A stretch of DNA of 64,000 nucleotides, taken from NCBI RefSeq assembly GCF_009914755.1, contig NC_060938.1; one strand, 5' to 3'. Numbering within the stretch: position 1 is the first letter of the stretch; every line of letters starts with the position of its first letter. Positions 33,800 to 47,533 of this stretch are shown here, piece by piece. The translations under genes and the position numbers were made by a program. This DNA is from the human T2T-CHM13v2.0 reference genome, Homo sapiens. Under the pieces are notes generated by a model. The model saw only the letters and a list, made by a program, of their open reading frames with translations. It was not told the origin of the DNA and made no database searches.

Positions 33800-34058
33800 G
33801 AGAGAGAGTCTCTGTCACCCAGGTTGGAGTGCAGTGGTGTGATCTTGCCTCCCGGGTTCAAGTAATTCTCCTGCCGCAGCCTCCTGAGTAGCTGGGATTA
33901 CAGGTGCGTGCCACCACACCCAGATAATTTTTGTATTTTTAGTAGAGACAGGGTTTCACCATGTTGGTCAGGCTGGTCTCCAACTCCTGACCTCATGATC
34001 CGCCCGCCTCGGCCTCCCAAAGTGCTGGGATTACAGGCATGACCCACCGTGCCCAGCC
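33757..34058 (-). mobile_element. AluS with (ATT)n tail
   Basis: Alu body with a small internal deletion; TSD cattgagcattatt. Confidence 0.9.
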
Positions 34059-34419
34059 AACATTGAGCATTATTGAGCAAGTCAATTTTCTCTTCTCTAT
34101 GACAGCCCTTCAAACCATGAAACAGGTTATGTTATCTTCACCTATCCCAGTTTTGCCTGGCCTTCTCTCTGCTAAGCATTCCCAGTTCCCTCTCAATCAC
34201 TTTTGGTCATCAGACAAGAAACATCTCCCAGAGTCATTTTATTTATTTTCTCAATTTCTGTAAAGTGTCTTATAAATACAGTTTTAGGCCCCTCCACTAC
34301 CATTCACCCACAGCAAGGCAGTGTGCAGCTCCCAAACTAGTCCTGATTGCAAATTCTGGAGCCACTGAGGATAGATCATCAAGACCTTTACTAGGTTCTT
34401 CATACAATTATTACTAATA

Positions 34420-34610
34420 AAGGTAAATTTACCTAATGCTTAATATGTCATTTAATCATCAGACACATATCATTTAATCATCAATTTATAGATGACAAAA
34501 AAATTGAGACTTTAACTTTACCAAAGTCACTCACATAGTAAGCAATAGAGAGAAGATTTGAATCCAGTCCACCAATTCCAAAGCCCATGTTCTTAATATT
34601 AAGCTATACA
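34420..34610. mobile_element. MIR fragment
   Basis: tttatagatgac...aaattgagac...ccaaagtcac...gatttgaatccag core. Confidence 0.6.
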
Positions 34611-35864
34611 CCAAATTGAGGCACGACTCCTGCTTTTTCCCTCCCTCTAAATTTTTTACACTTCTAGTATTCAGCATGACAGAATTGATGCTTCTTTTCT
34701 CAAAACCCAATTCCAGAGTCCACCAGACTCCACCCACTCTCAGATGGTTAACACAAACCCTCACTGTCTCGCAACCTCAGCTGGGCCAGGAAGCATCATC
34801 ATCTGGAAGGAGCTGCAAGATACAACTTATTGCCATTCCAGTGAAGCTGGCTTTGACCCCTATAGAGAAACATAAGCCATGAGAGAATATAGAAGAAAAT
34901 GGATAAATGAGATGGGTGGTATGTCGAAAAAAGAAGGAGAATTAAGACTCAGGACAAGAGTGTGTGGAGACCAGACCTGAAACAGGAAACATGAATTACA
35001 TAGTCAGACAAAATCTCAGGGAACACCTATCCCCAAATGCTGAAACACAGAGTAGACATGCAGGAATGGATTTATTTAAAAGACCAGAGAATGCGTAAGT
35101 TGACTGTGATACAGAGGATACTCCCTTTACTAAAAGAATGAGAAATCAACTAGAAAAGGGAGACTGCATTGCTGAGAAGCTCAAGGGTCTTTTTTGTAAG
35201 CAAAGAATGACAAGGAGGAAGGCATCTGTGGAGCTCATGTCCCTTTTATCAGTATGATGAAAGAAATCTAAAACAGGAAAGGCCAATCAGTTCTAATTAC
35301 TCTATTAAGCAGAAAAACTAGAATGGTAGACATGGGACTCTGAGCCACAGGGATTTATGACAATGGCTAATAGACTATGGTGTTCAGAGAAACAGAGCAG
35401 CTGAGCAGAAGAGTGACGTCAGCTGCAACAATGAAAGATCACAGTTCTTTACTCATCTTGCTCATTTCCTGCCCCTGACCTGGAATCAGGCGCATCTCTA
35501 AGAAGATGGGGTCTTTTGGTGGGAAACGATATTCTAAGACCATAATCTGAATGCCAGGGATGCAAGCGCTTTGGGTTGGTTGATGTTTCTAGGCTTTTTC
35601 TTTGGATAGAGCTAAGAAAAAAATTATCATGAGTTTAGTGACACTCCCGAGTCAAATTAGAAACCACACAAAGGCCTGAGGAATACAAAACTATTCTATT
35701 ACCACTATTTTTGAAAATAGCTACAATTTTCCTTTGCAAGTGCCATCTCCAACCTCTCCTTCATTTTTACAGTTGTACTATACCTATATTATCAAATCAT
35801 ACAGCCATTACATACCATACTCCCTCTCTTATAACTCTCATTTAGTTTTAGTTCTATAAGTAAC

Positions 35865-36633
<769 letters not shown>

Positions 36634-37620
36634 TAAACTCATTTGTTTTAGTTCTTCAAGGAACTATAGTATTCACTGTCAGTCCTTACGTCAATGTCCC
36701 TGTAGTTATTTTGGTTGTCGAAAACTTGACTTTCGGGGAATTTCTCAGGAAGGGCCGATGAGAGCAAGTCTCTAGTTTACTTACATGTTATGTTGGTTTG
36801 TGCCCCTTTATACAGGCCTATCTCTGTCCAGGAGAGAAACACGAGGGCTTGAGGTGGGGAGACTTCCGTGTATCTGGCAGTTATTCACCAAAGATGTCTT
36901 TGATCCCAATGTGGGCCAAAGGGATATGGGTGGGGCACTCAAGGTCTGGCACTGTTCCTGACTTTCAAGCAACAAGGGTTTAAATTGTATGAGAGATGAT
37001 AGTTACTGCCATGGCACTTATCTGTGGAAGGCTGAATTGTGTGAATGCAGGTAGACCAGAGCCAGACTTTTAGGATAAGGATCTGAGAGAAGAATGAGGA
37101 CTGCAGGGGCTGATCTTTCCTCTCAAATACAGGTTCCATGCTGATCCCTTCCTGTTGCACCAACACACTGGGTTCTGTTTCTGATCGTGGCCTAGCCATG
37201 TGCCCTCAAAGCATTTTCCTTAAATTGCTCCAAGTCATCAGGCTCACAGAGATGTTTAGGAGACAATCCACATGACAGCATCCAGCAGCATGTTCAAAAT
37301 GCCTTTTTCCTTTCCTTCCTTTCAGCTCTCTCTCTCTGCCTGACTTTAGCTCCTTTCCTTAAAACTCCCAAGAACACCATTTAGTTTCTGGTGAAGCTGA
37401 CATCACTCTCTCTGATTTTAATGATAGTTTCATAGCACAAGCCCTCTTGTGATATGACATCTTTCTGATGTTCTTTACTATTTCTACCTGTGACAGTTTT
37501 GAATCAAAGTGTGTATTTGGAGCATGGACCCACTGTTAACAAGGTGTTGCAGTGGGGTGGCCCAAGGACCCCCTGAAGCTCCTGCACCAGACACAAGCCC
37601 AAGCTCAGAGCTCCTGACCC

Positions 37621-37732
37621 TCAGAGGTGAGGGGAAATGCTGGCCACCACAATGTTGTCTCCAGTGATGTGGCTGGTGTCTGGAGAGCACAGGAAGGACA
37701 CAAGCCCCACACAGTCCCCACGCCACCCCACT
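37621..37732 (-). pseudogene. DHRS2-like terminal pseudo-exon (coding part to TGA)
   Basis: ttttccatgcag|A GTG ... CTC TGA; (R)VGWRGDCVGLVSFLCSPDTSHITGDNIVVASISPHL* versus DHRS2 RIGESEDCAGIVSFLCSPDASYVNGENIAVAGYSTRL*. Confidence 0.95.
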
Positions 37733-38029
37733 CTGCATGGAAAAAGGAGGTGGGGCTGAGACTAATTACACCTTCCTCATGAGCCCTGGGTTCCCATGGG
37801 ATGCTGTGAAGTCAAGACCCCTGTGGGGGTGAGCAAAGGGCTGTAAGTGAAGAGATGTGGGCTTTGCAGGGACCTGCAGAGGTCATCCCAGGCCTGAGAG
37901 GACTGTCAGACCCCAGAAAGGGGAATGGGTAAGGCTGTGAGGGATAGTGTGTGATCTTTCACTCATCATGAAGGTTCTGAGGTCATGTTAATCCAGCTCT
38001 ACAAGGGATACTGCCTCTCCGCAACTCAC

Positions 38030-38085
38030 CTCTGTACTCTGAAGAGATTCTTCGTGTGATCCCTCAAGACCAGGTCCTCAAGTAG
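38030..38085 (-). pseudogene. DHRS2-like pseudo-exon 7 (56 nt, open)
   Basis: ttcctgtag|CTA CTT ... GTA CAG AG|gtgag; LLEDLVLRDHTKNLFRVQ(R). Length and phase fit the family's penultimate exon, which ends ...QR. Confidence 0.8.
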
Positions 38086-38364
38086 CTACAGGAAAGGTAA
38101 AAAAGTCAGTGCCACTCCTACAGATGGAGTCACATCACATAGGCTGTGCATCTTGCAGGCCTGTGTCCTTGTGAAAGAACTGTTGGGGTGGCCTCTCACA
38201 AAGAACTGATTCTGATTCTGCTGCTGATCCCAAAGGCTGTGGATATCAGAGCAAAAGTCCACAGGTCCAGGCCAGAGAGTCCAGCTCTCTGTGGCACATG
38301 GCCTGGAAGGAAAAGGTACACTACTGCTCAGGGGATAGGAACAGGAGCTACCCGTGGTCCTCAC

Positions 38365-38379
38365 CACTGTGTTGAAGCA
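38365..38379 (-). pseudogene. Probable 3' remnant of pseudo-exon 6 with its donor site
   Basis: TGC TTC AAC ACA GTG|gtgaggacc resembles the DHRS2 ...DFSKV|gt junction and lies just upstream of exon 7. Homology stops at a ~20-bp Alu-end remnant (38389-38408). Confidence 0.5.
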
Positions 38380-38409
38380 TATGTCACAGTGAGCCACTGT
38401 GCCCGGTCC

Positions 38410-39690
38410 CTGGATTTTGTTTTTGTAGGAAAAACTTTGACTATACATTACATTTATTTAATGGTTATAGGACTGGTCAGGTTTTCTATCTCTTCTTGAG
38501 TCAGTTTTGGTAAGATATATAAGTTTAAAATTTTTTTCTATTTCATTATAACTTCAGCATAAACATAAGTTTGATGTAAAAATTTCTCTTTGGCATTATC
38601 ATTCTTTTCATGCCTTTTTATTGTTCTCAGGATCTGTATCTTTTGTTTCTATTCCTGATATTGGCTATTTATGTCTTTCCTCTTTTTCCTTGATCAATCC
38701 CATTGGAAATTTGCCAGAAACATTCATTTTCTTAAAAAATAGGGTTTTTTTGGTTTTTTTGATCCCTATATTGTATTTTGTTTTATTTTCCATTGATTTC
38801 TGCTCTACATTTTTTTCTTTTTTCATACTGAGTGCTTTCTCTCCTGAACATTTCAGCTTTGACTTTTACTTAGCATTGACAATATAATACTTTGGTTACC
38901 ATCAAGAAAGATACACTTTAATTCTGTAAAGAAGGATTAAAATGTGCATTTTAACTACAGCAGTTGAGCCGAGTACACATTGTAAATGTGCTTGAGGTTT
39001 ATCTGTCCTACTTCAATTTCTTGATTGCCAGCCTTTCCTAGAACTATACATTTCCTAGAGCTGTTTCTATAAATAAATTTCTATAAACTCATTCAACAGA
39101 AATGAAAAATTTAATAAAATATGTCATTTCTGTCTAATCAGATTTAAAATTTTTGATTTAAAAATCTAGCTTGACAATCTTTATATTTTAACTGTCATCA
39201 CTGATATACTAGGATTAATGTCTAGCATCCAATTTTGCACTTTTTAAATATTCCCCCAGTTCTTTGTTTTGTTTTCTGTCCCTTCTTGCTTTTTTTTAGA
39301 TTATTTTTTCCATTTCCACTTCCCTCTCTATTAATTTGAAAATATACTTCATACTCCATTGCCATTCTTGTAGCTTTGCCCTATAAAGTTAAACAGGCCT
39401 GTTTTGCTTATCAAAGTTTAAGATTAATATCCTTACCCTCTCTCTAACAACATAAAAATCTTCTTACACCTTAACTCTATTTCTATTTCCTGATTTAAAT
39501 ATTGTTTTTGCATATTTAACTATTTGTGGAGTTAATTTTTTTAACTCCACAAAACGATTTCTTTTTACAAGAAGTGGTTTAATTTGTTCATGTTACTATG
39601 TTCTGTGTTTTTCATTCTTACTTTCATCTTAGATTTTCCGTATGAAATCATTTCTTTCCTTCTGCCTAAAGTACCATTTAAAATTTCCTT
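38410..39690 (-). mobile_element. Ancient L1M fragments
   Basis: caggttttctatctcttcttgagtcagttttggtaa and similar antisense ORF2-like T-rich sequence. Confidence 0.6.
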
Positions 39691-39695
39691 TAGTG

Positions 39696-40319
39696 GAACA
39701 CTTTTACACTGTTGGTGGAACTGTAAACTAGTTCAACCATTGTGGAAGACAGTGTGGCGATTCCTCAGGGATCTAGAACTAGAAATACCATTTGACCCAG
39801 CCATCCCATTACTGGGTATATACCCAAAGGATTATAAATCATGCTGCTATAAAGACACATGCACACATATGTTTATTGTGGCACGATTCACAATAGCAAA
39901 GACTTTGAACCAACCCAAATGTCCAACAATGATAGACTGGATTAAGAAAATGTGGCACATATACCCCATGGAATACTATGCAGCCATAAAAAGGATGAGT
40001 TCTTGTCCTTTTTAGGGACATGACAAACTATCGCAAGGGCAAAAAACCAAACACCACATGTTCTCACTCATAGGTGGGAATTGAATAATGAGAACACTTG
40101 GACACAGGAAAGGGAACATCACACACCAGGGCCTGTTGTGGGGTGGGGGGAGGGGGAAGGGATAGCGTTAGGAGATATACCTAATGTAAATGATGAGTTA
40201 ATGGGTGCAGCACACCAACATGGCACATGTATACATATGTAACAAACCTGTATGTTGTGCACATGTACCCTAGAACTTAAAGTATAATAAAAAAATTTTA
40301 AAAATAAAAAATAAAAAAA
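39696..40319 (+). mobile_element. 5'-truncated young L1PA
   Basis: ORF2 C-terminus (...VWRFLRDLELEIPFDPAIPLLGIYPKDYKSCCYKDTC) plus 3'UTR; perfect TSD taaaatttcctttagtg (39679-39695, 40320-40336). Confidence 0.95.
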
Positions 40320-40746
40320 TAAAATTTCCTTTAGTGAAGATCTTCTGGTAGTAAACTTTGTTTTCATTTCTCTGAAAATGTTATAAATTTGCCCTAATTT
40401 TTGAAAGATATACTTGATAGATATGGAATTCTAGGTTGATGGTTATATTCTTTTAGCATATGGGAATCGCCATTTAAATTGGGTTAGGAATAATAGGATT
40501 TTGGCAAGTAGATAAGAATAAATAGAAACAACTTAAGTGGAGCTTCCTTCATAAAGTCCTGCCTTATCCACAAGGTTGGAGAAAGCAATCTTTTACTTGC
40601 TCAGATCTCACAACTAATAGTAGTAGTAGTAGTAATAATATTAATAACGTTTATTGTAAATATTGAAACCAATTAAATTATTATTAAATGTTATTTATAC
40701 TACTTATGTGATAATTTATACTGTAGTTAATATTTATTTTCTTTAC

Positions 40747-43700
40747 TTTTTTTAACTCTTATTTTAAGTTCAGGGGTAAATGTACAGGTTTGTTACATAG
40801 GTAAACTTGTTTCATGGGGATTTGTTGTGCAGATTATTTTATCACCCAGGTATTAAACCTAGTACCCACTCGTTATTTTTCCTGATCCTCTCCCTCCTCC
40901 TACCTTCCACCCTCTGATAGGCCCCAGTCTCTGTTATTCCTCATTATGTATTCATGTGTTCTCTTCATTTAGCTCCCACTTATAAGTGAGAACATGCAGT
41001 ATTTGCTTTTCTATTCCTGCATTAGTTTGCTAGGGATAATGGCCTCCATCTCCATCCATGTTCCTGCAGAGGACATGATCTCATTCTTTGTTATGGCTGC
41101 ATAGTATTCCACTGTGTATATTTATCACATTTTCTTTATCCAATCTGCCATTAATGGACATTAATGGACATCAATGTATTTGCTATTGTGAATAGTGCTG
41201 CAATGGACATACGTGTGCATGTGCCTTTATAATACAATGATTTATATTCCTTTGGTTATATATCCAGTAATGGGATTGGTGGATGGAATGGTAGTTCTGT
41301 TTTTAGGTCTTTGAGGAATCACCACACTGTTTCCACAATGGTTGAACTAATTCACACTCCCACCAACAGTGTTTAAGTGTTCCTTTTTCTCTGCAACCTC
41401 ACCAGCATCTGTTATGTTTTGACCTTTTAATGATAGCCATTATGACTGGTGTGAGATGGTATCTCATTGTGGTTTTGATTTGCATTTCTCTTATGATCAG
41501 TGATATTGAGATTTTTCTCATATGCTTGTTGGTCGCATCTATGTCTTCTTTTGAAAAGCATCTGGCCATGTCCTTTGCCCAGTTTTTAATGAGGTTGTTT
41601 GTTTTGTTCTTGTAAATTTGTGTTAGTTCCTTGTAGATGCTGGATATTAGACCTTCGTCAGATGCATATCTTGCAAAAATTTTCTTCCATTCTGTAGGTT
41701 GTCTGCTTACTCTGTTGATAGTTTCTTATGCTATACAAAAGCTCTTATGTTTAATTAGATCCCATTTGTCAATTTTGCTTTTGTTGCAATTACTTTGGCT
41801 TCTTTGTCATGAAACCTTTGCCCATGCCTACATCCAGAATGATATTGCCTAGGTTGTCTTCCAGTGTTTTTATAGTTTTGGGTTTTAATTTAAGTCTTTA
41901 TTCTATCTTGATTTAATTTTTGTATATGGTGTAAGGAAGGCATCCTGTTTCAATCTTCTGCATATGTCTAGCCAGTTATCCCAGCACTGTTTATGGAATA
42001 GGGAGTCCTTTCCCCATTTTTTGTTTTTGTCAGCTTGGTCAAAGATCAGATGGTTGTAGGTGTGTAGCCTTGTTTCTGGGCTCTCTATTTTGTTCCATTA
42101 TTCTATGTGTCTGTTTATGTACCAGTATCATGTTGTTTTGGTTACTGCAGCCCTGTAGTATAGTTCGAAGTCAGGTAGCGTGATGCCTCCAGCTTTGCTA
42201 TTTTTGCTTAGGATTGCTTTGGCTATTTAAGCTCTTTTTTTGGCTCCATATGAATTTTAAAATAGTTCCTTTTCTAGTTCTGTGAAGAATGTCATTTGCA
42301 GTTTAATAGGAATAGCCTTGAATCTATACATTGCTTTAGGTAATATGGCCAATTTAACAATATGGATTCTTCTAATCCATGAGTGTGGAATGTTTTTCCA
42401 TTTGTTTGTGTCATCTCTGATTTTTTTTTTAGCAATGTTTTGTAGTTCTCATTGTAGTGATCTTTCACCTCCCTGTTTAGCTGTATTCCTAGGTATTTTT
42501 TGTGGCAGTTGTGAATGGAATTGCATTCCTCATTTGGCTCTTGGATTGGCTGTTGTTGGTGTATAAGAATGCCAGTGAATTTCGTACATTAATTTTGTAT
42601 CCTGAAACTTTGTTGAAGTTGTTTATCAGCTTAAGGAGCTTTTGTGCCGAGACTATGGGGTTTTCTCAATATAGGATCATATCACCTGCAAACAGAGATC
42701 GTTTGACTTCTTCTCTTCCTATTTGGATGTCCTTTATATCTTTCTCTTTCCTGATTACTCTGGCTAGGACTTCCAATACTATGTTGAATACGAATGATGA
42801 GACAGGACATCCTTGTCCTGTGCTAGTTTTCAAGGGTAATGCTTCCAGATTTTGCCCATTCAGCATGATGTTGGCTGTGAGTTTGTCATAGATGGCTCTT
42901 ATTATTTTGAGGTATGTTCCTTCAATACCTAGTTTATTGAGAGTTTTTAACAGAAATGGTGTTGAATTTTATCAAAAGCCTTTTCTGAATCTATTAAGAC
43001 AATCATGTGGTTTTGTCCTTAATTCTGTTTATGTGATGAATCACATTTCTCAATTTGTGTATGTTGTGCCAACCTTGCGTCCCAGGGATAAAGCCTACTT
43101 GATCATGGTGCATAAGCTTTTAGATGTGCTGCTGGATTCAGTTTGCAAGTATTTTGTTGAGGATTTTTGCATCAGTGTTCATCAAGGATATTGGCCTAAC
43201 ATTTTTTTTCTGTGTTTCTGACAGGGTTTGGTATTAGGATGATGCTGGCCTCATAGAATGAGTTGGGGAAGAGTTCCTCTCCCTAAATTTTTTGGAATAG
43301 TTTCAGTAGGAATGGTACCAGCTCTTCTTTGTACAGCTGGGAGAATTCAGCTGTGAATCTGTCATTCCTAGGCTTTTCTTGGTAGGCTATTTATTACTGA
43401 TTTTATTTCGGAGCTCATTATTGGTCTGTTCAGGGATTCAATTTCTTCCTGGCTCAGTCTTGGGAGGGTGTATGTGTCCAGGAATTTATCCTCTTCTTCT
43501 AGATTTTCTAGTTTATGTGCATAGAGGTGTTCATAATATTCTCTGATAGCTATTTGTATTCTGTGGGGTCAATGACCCCTTTTGTCACTTCTAATTTTGT
43601 TTATTTGGATTTTTTCTTCATTAGTCCAGCTAGCAGTCTATTTTATTAAGTTTTTTCAAAAAACCAACTCTTGGATTCACTGATCTTTTGAATGGTTTTT

Positions 43701-43812
43701 TTGTGTCTCAATCTCCTTCAGTTCACCTCTGATTTTGGTTATTTCTTGTCTTCTGCTAGCTTTGGGGTTGGTTTTCTCTTGGTTCTCTAGTTCTTTTAAT
43801 TGTGATGTAAAG
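40747..43812 (-). mobile_element. ~3-kb 5'-truncated older L1PA/L1PB
   Basis: Antisense ORF2 ([36 protein letters not shown] 42666..42866) and 3'UTR. Confidence 0.93.
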
Positions 43813-43867
43813 TTCTTTCACTTGTAAAGAACTTTAGTTTGTGACGTTCTTGTAGCTGTGAAAATGA

Positions 43868-44042
43868 TAATATTCATTTTCCAATAATTTTTTTTGAGAC
43901 AGCGTCTCACTTGATCACCTAGTTGGAAGTACAGTGGTGTGATCATAGCTCACTGCACCCTTGAACTCCTGGGCTCAAGCGACTTTTCTGCCTCAGCCTC
44001 CCAAAGTGTTGGGATTACAGATGTGAGCCTCTGCACCCGGCC
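43868..44042 (-). mobile_element. Internally deleted AluJ
   Basis: Right-arm 3' part joined directly to the left-arm 5' part. Confidence 0.8.
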
Positions 44043-44554
44043 AATGTTTATTATTTACTCTAGTAAATATATATAGACACAGTCTTTACTATGTGCATAA
44101 TCAACATATTTTATCATGCCAATTAATGTCCACAAGAGGTCTGCCAAGCATCATTATCCCACTTAATAGGTAAGGAAACAAAGGCCCAGAGAGTTTAGTT
44201 AGCAAGCATATGTAGCTAGTGACAGAGCAGGGTTCTAAAGGTAGGTCTCTCTGACTCCAAAGCCCATGCTGTCTTCATTACATTTGTAGTTTGCAACAAG
44301 TTTTGTGAAGCCAGATTCTGCAAGAGGTGCCCAGTACCAGGAATAGGGACCAGATGGTTAAGCACCAGGCCCCTATTCCAATTTTAAGCTGGGCATTTCT
44401 GCTTTTGTCTGTTTTATATATTGGACTCCTATGGAGGTTATTCTTTGACAAAAGGTTTCTGCCATTAAAAACAATTTGAAAACCATTGTATTGTGTTCAA
44501 CCACATAAATTACTGTATTTGGCCATTTTCTATCAACAAAAATGATATTTTTTG

Positions 44555-45509
44555 TCCCTCCCACTTCCTCTTACACTGGCCTGTCCTCCTCGACCTTTTC
44601 CCAGCCCCTGCCAGTCATTTCCCAAATTAGGAAGTCTGCTTCCTTGCTCTCTCCACAGCCCATGGTAGATGCATCACCTGTGGGATGGGCCTAGGGTTGT
44701 CTCTTCCTGTCAATTCCCCACTGTTCTCAGTGACTCGGGACCACTGAGATTCAATCTAATATCACACCATGTCTGTGTTAGCACTGGAAGGGGCCTCAGA
44801 AGTCCTCATTAGTTAGAAGTCCTGGTTGTGTTTCACAGATGATCACACAAGTCCAGAGAAGCAGCCCAGTCTATACTAGCTGCTCAGTACATGCTTGCTG
44901 AATTCAGTGGCTGCTCCAGAATGTCAATACGGGAACTGAAGGGAAGCAAAACAGTTGGGAAAAGAGTCTTAAAACTACATCTATCTGCAAAGCACTTTAC
45001 CTGAGACTGAGGAAAATTCACTTTACCTCCACTGACCATTTTAAAGAAGAGAGTGAGGGCAATGCTGGTGGAGATAACTGGGTGGCCCTGACCTTCAGAG
45101 GAGGCATGGCTAAGTGAGGGGAGATGTTTAAGAGGCTGGGGCATGGCCAGAGGGATCTATTTTAGAGCAGGAATGAGACAGGCCTAAGGTGTGTTCCTAA
45201 GGTGGTCAGAAAAATGAAACCTTCTAATGATTGGGCTGAAATCCAAGAATGAAAAAGGAACTCCCAGGAGCACAGGCAGATTGTTCCAACCCTAAGACAA
45301 ATGGCATGGGGAGAACATCTGGGAACATCCCGAGTCGCCAAGACCAGTGGGGAATTGACAGCGAGAGACAGCCGTAGGCCCATCCCACAGGTGATGCTTC
45401 TATCACGGGCTGTGAGGACAGCAAGGAAGCAGGCTTCCTAATTTGGGAACTGACTGGTGGGAGCTGGGAAAAGGTCGGGTAGGACAGGTGTAAGAGGAAG
45501 CAGGAGGGA
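44555..45509. repeat. Inverted repeat: arms 44555-44740 and 45328-45509, ~590-bp spacer
   Basis: Manual alignment gives ~23 mismatches plus one 4-nt indel over ~182 nt (~87% identity). Confidence 0.93.
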
Positions 45510-45938
45510 TAAGAGTTGAGTGGGACTGGGAAACAACTGCTCTAGTTACAGGCCGGCTATGGGGTGTCTCAGGGTCATCAGCCTGAACTCTTGTGGCCAG
45601 AGCTCCTGTAGCCCAAGGGTCTCTGATTCCAAGACTGTTGTCAGGACTCTGGGACCTTCTGTCTGTGGATCCTTCCTCCTTATTCCAGTCAAGTCCTTGC
45701 CAGACCCCCTGGGCACTCCAGATGTGAGAGATTGACACTAATGGATAGAACTTTTTTTTTTTTAGCTGACCCAGAAGCATGAAAGCCACACACTCACCAT
45801 TCTTGTATGACCGGCTCAGCTAAGCCTGTTTCCCAGTAGGAATGTCTAACTCTCAAATCGGCCCCCTCTCACTCTAGTTCCCCTGCTGCCTGTTTGATAT
45901 CAAGCAGCTACCTCCCTATTCCCATTTCCCACCCTCAC

Positions 45939-46008
45939 CCCATCTTCTCCGTGTGGGGCAGCAGCTGGCTCAGCAGCAGGCTGGGGCCTTCACAGTGATG
46001 TTTAGGAT
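45939..46008 (-). pseudogene. DHRS2-like pseudo-exon 4 (70 nt, -1 frameshift)
   Basis: gatttcag|ATC CTA AAC ATC ACT GTG AAG GCC CCA GCC [1-nt loss] TG CTG CTG AGC CAG CTG CTG CCC CAC ACG GAG AAG ATG GG|gtgag = ILNITVKAPA/LLLSQLLPHTEKMG, versus DHRS2 ILSVNVKSPALLLSQLLPYMEN. Confidence 0.93.
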
Positions 46009-46689
46009 CTGAAATCAGAGCAAACAGGAGATGGGGGAGTGGAGATGCAGTCAGTCCAGCAGTCTCACCATATTAGGAAATGTACCAGGTTAGGATGTGG
46101 GCATGATGGCCTCTGACACCCATAATGTGGGTGGAGTGTTGGCTTTCCTGTGCATTCATGGAAATGGGGGCATCCTGAAGATACAGGAGTAAGTGGATTA
46201 GGCTGAAGACTCTTCCAGCAGAAGACCCCAGAGTCTATGGGTTGTCTCCCCATGTTTCCAAGCACACCAGTTTCATCTGGAGCAGAGGAGGCATCAGTAG
46301 CTGAGTCTGGGGAAGGCTAGATTTTGGGGTGATAGCCAGGAGGTACCCGTGTTAGGGATTAGGCTGTCATTCCCTTCTCTGTGCCCCATATTTTTTGTGA
46401 CTATTTGGTTTTTGGTTGGACATTCCCTGCAGACTGGTAGCTCCTGAACAGTGGGGACCAAAACTGCCACTTAGACACTCCTACATCCATCTCACAGATG
46501 GGGAAATTGAGGCTCAGAAAGTCCAAGCCCCAGGCCTCACTCTGCATCAATGAATCTGTCATGGGAAGGTGGATGTGTGAGAGCTGAGGATCAGCTCTGG
46601 ATGTGTGAGCCTAGATGGAGAGAGGGTTACATGGCAGGAAGGTGAGGATGAAGTCCGGCCTGCCCCTTCCTGGCTTCCCCAGACCTCAC

Positions 46690-46791
46690 CTTGTCCCAGA
46701 CCTGCTCACTGATCCCCAAGGCACTTCCCACCAAGGGACTGATCCCTGCCACACACACCAGGAAGTCCACACCCCCACAGTGTTCCAGGGC
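46690..46791 (-). pseudogene. DHRS2-like pseudo-exon 3 (102 nt, open)
   Basis: ctctcag|GCC...AAG|gtgag; ALEHCGGVDFLVCVAGISPLVGSALGISEQVWDK (inside ORF 46627..46812) matches DHRS2 ALEHCGGVDFLVCSAGVNPLVGSTLGTSEQIWDK. Confidence 0.96.
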
Positions 46792-47533
46792 CTGAGAGTG
46801 AGAAAGGGACATAAAGGAATAAGGTTACGGAAGAGGAAGGTGTCTGCAGCAGTGGAAGGTGACTCCTGTTTAATGTCCCAGAGGCTGTACCTAGGTCAAG
46901 TTCAAAGCACAGGAGAGCAATATCATGTGAGGATGGAGATTATCTCTTTTCCTTTAGGAGCCAGGTACGGAGCTTCTGGATAAAAAGCGGTGGAGCATCA
47001 CCCAGTACCCTTTCACATCCTCCTTCTAGTCCCAGGCACTGTTTGCTACCCGTCCCCAAACACATCTCTCACCTGCACTGTGTCTTGAAATTTCACTGTC
47101 CCCTCTCCATTTCCCTGAACACTCTACCTCTGACTGTAAGATGAGGGCTTCCTTCTGTACATCTCTGTCCCCTCAGACTCCTCCTCAGGAATCTTCCAGG
47201 AGGGCCTGGCTGGCTCCACGGAGCTGGTGGAGAAGCCAGCTTCCTCTTTCCTACCAGCATGGTCCCCACCCCAACATCTCCCTGAGTCCCAGGCCACATG
47301 CACTCCCTCTCTCCCTGAGGGAGAGAACAAACCTGGGTGGAGAAAGGACGCCCTCCCTGAACTGGTCCTTTCTGTGCCCAGGTCTGTTAACTGGAGACTG
47401 GGCCTCGTGGACAAGGCTCAAGTGACACATAGTTGACCCGATTCCTGTGATGGTGCCTTTATCCCTCTGCCCTACTGTGGGTCATAGTATCAGAATCCCT
47501 GAGCCTGTCTGCACCTCCTTCTATGCCTCTCAC

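Noticed and set aside
39584-40015. 143-aa ORF
   Set aside because: Chance upstream codons fused to the L1 ORF2 C-terminus of a truncated L1PA; not a gene.
46615-47436. Plus-strand ORFs of 69-122 aa in the GC-richer block
   Set aside because: Antisense to pseudogene exon 3 and introns; no recognisable homology.
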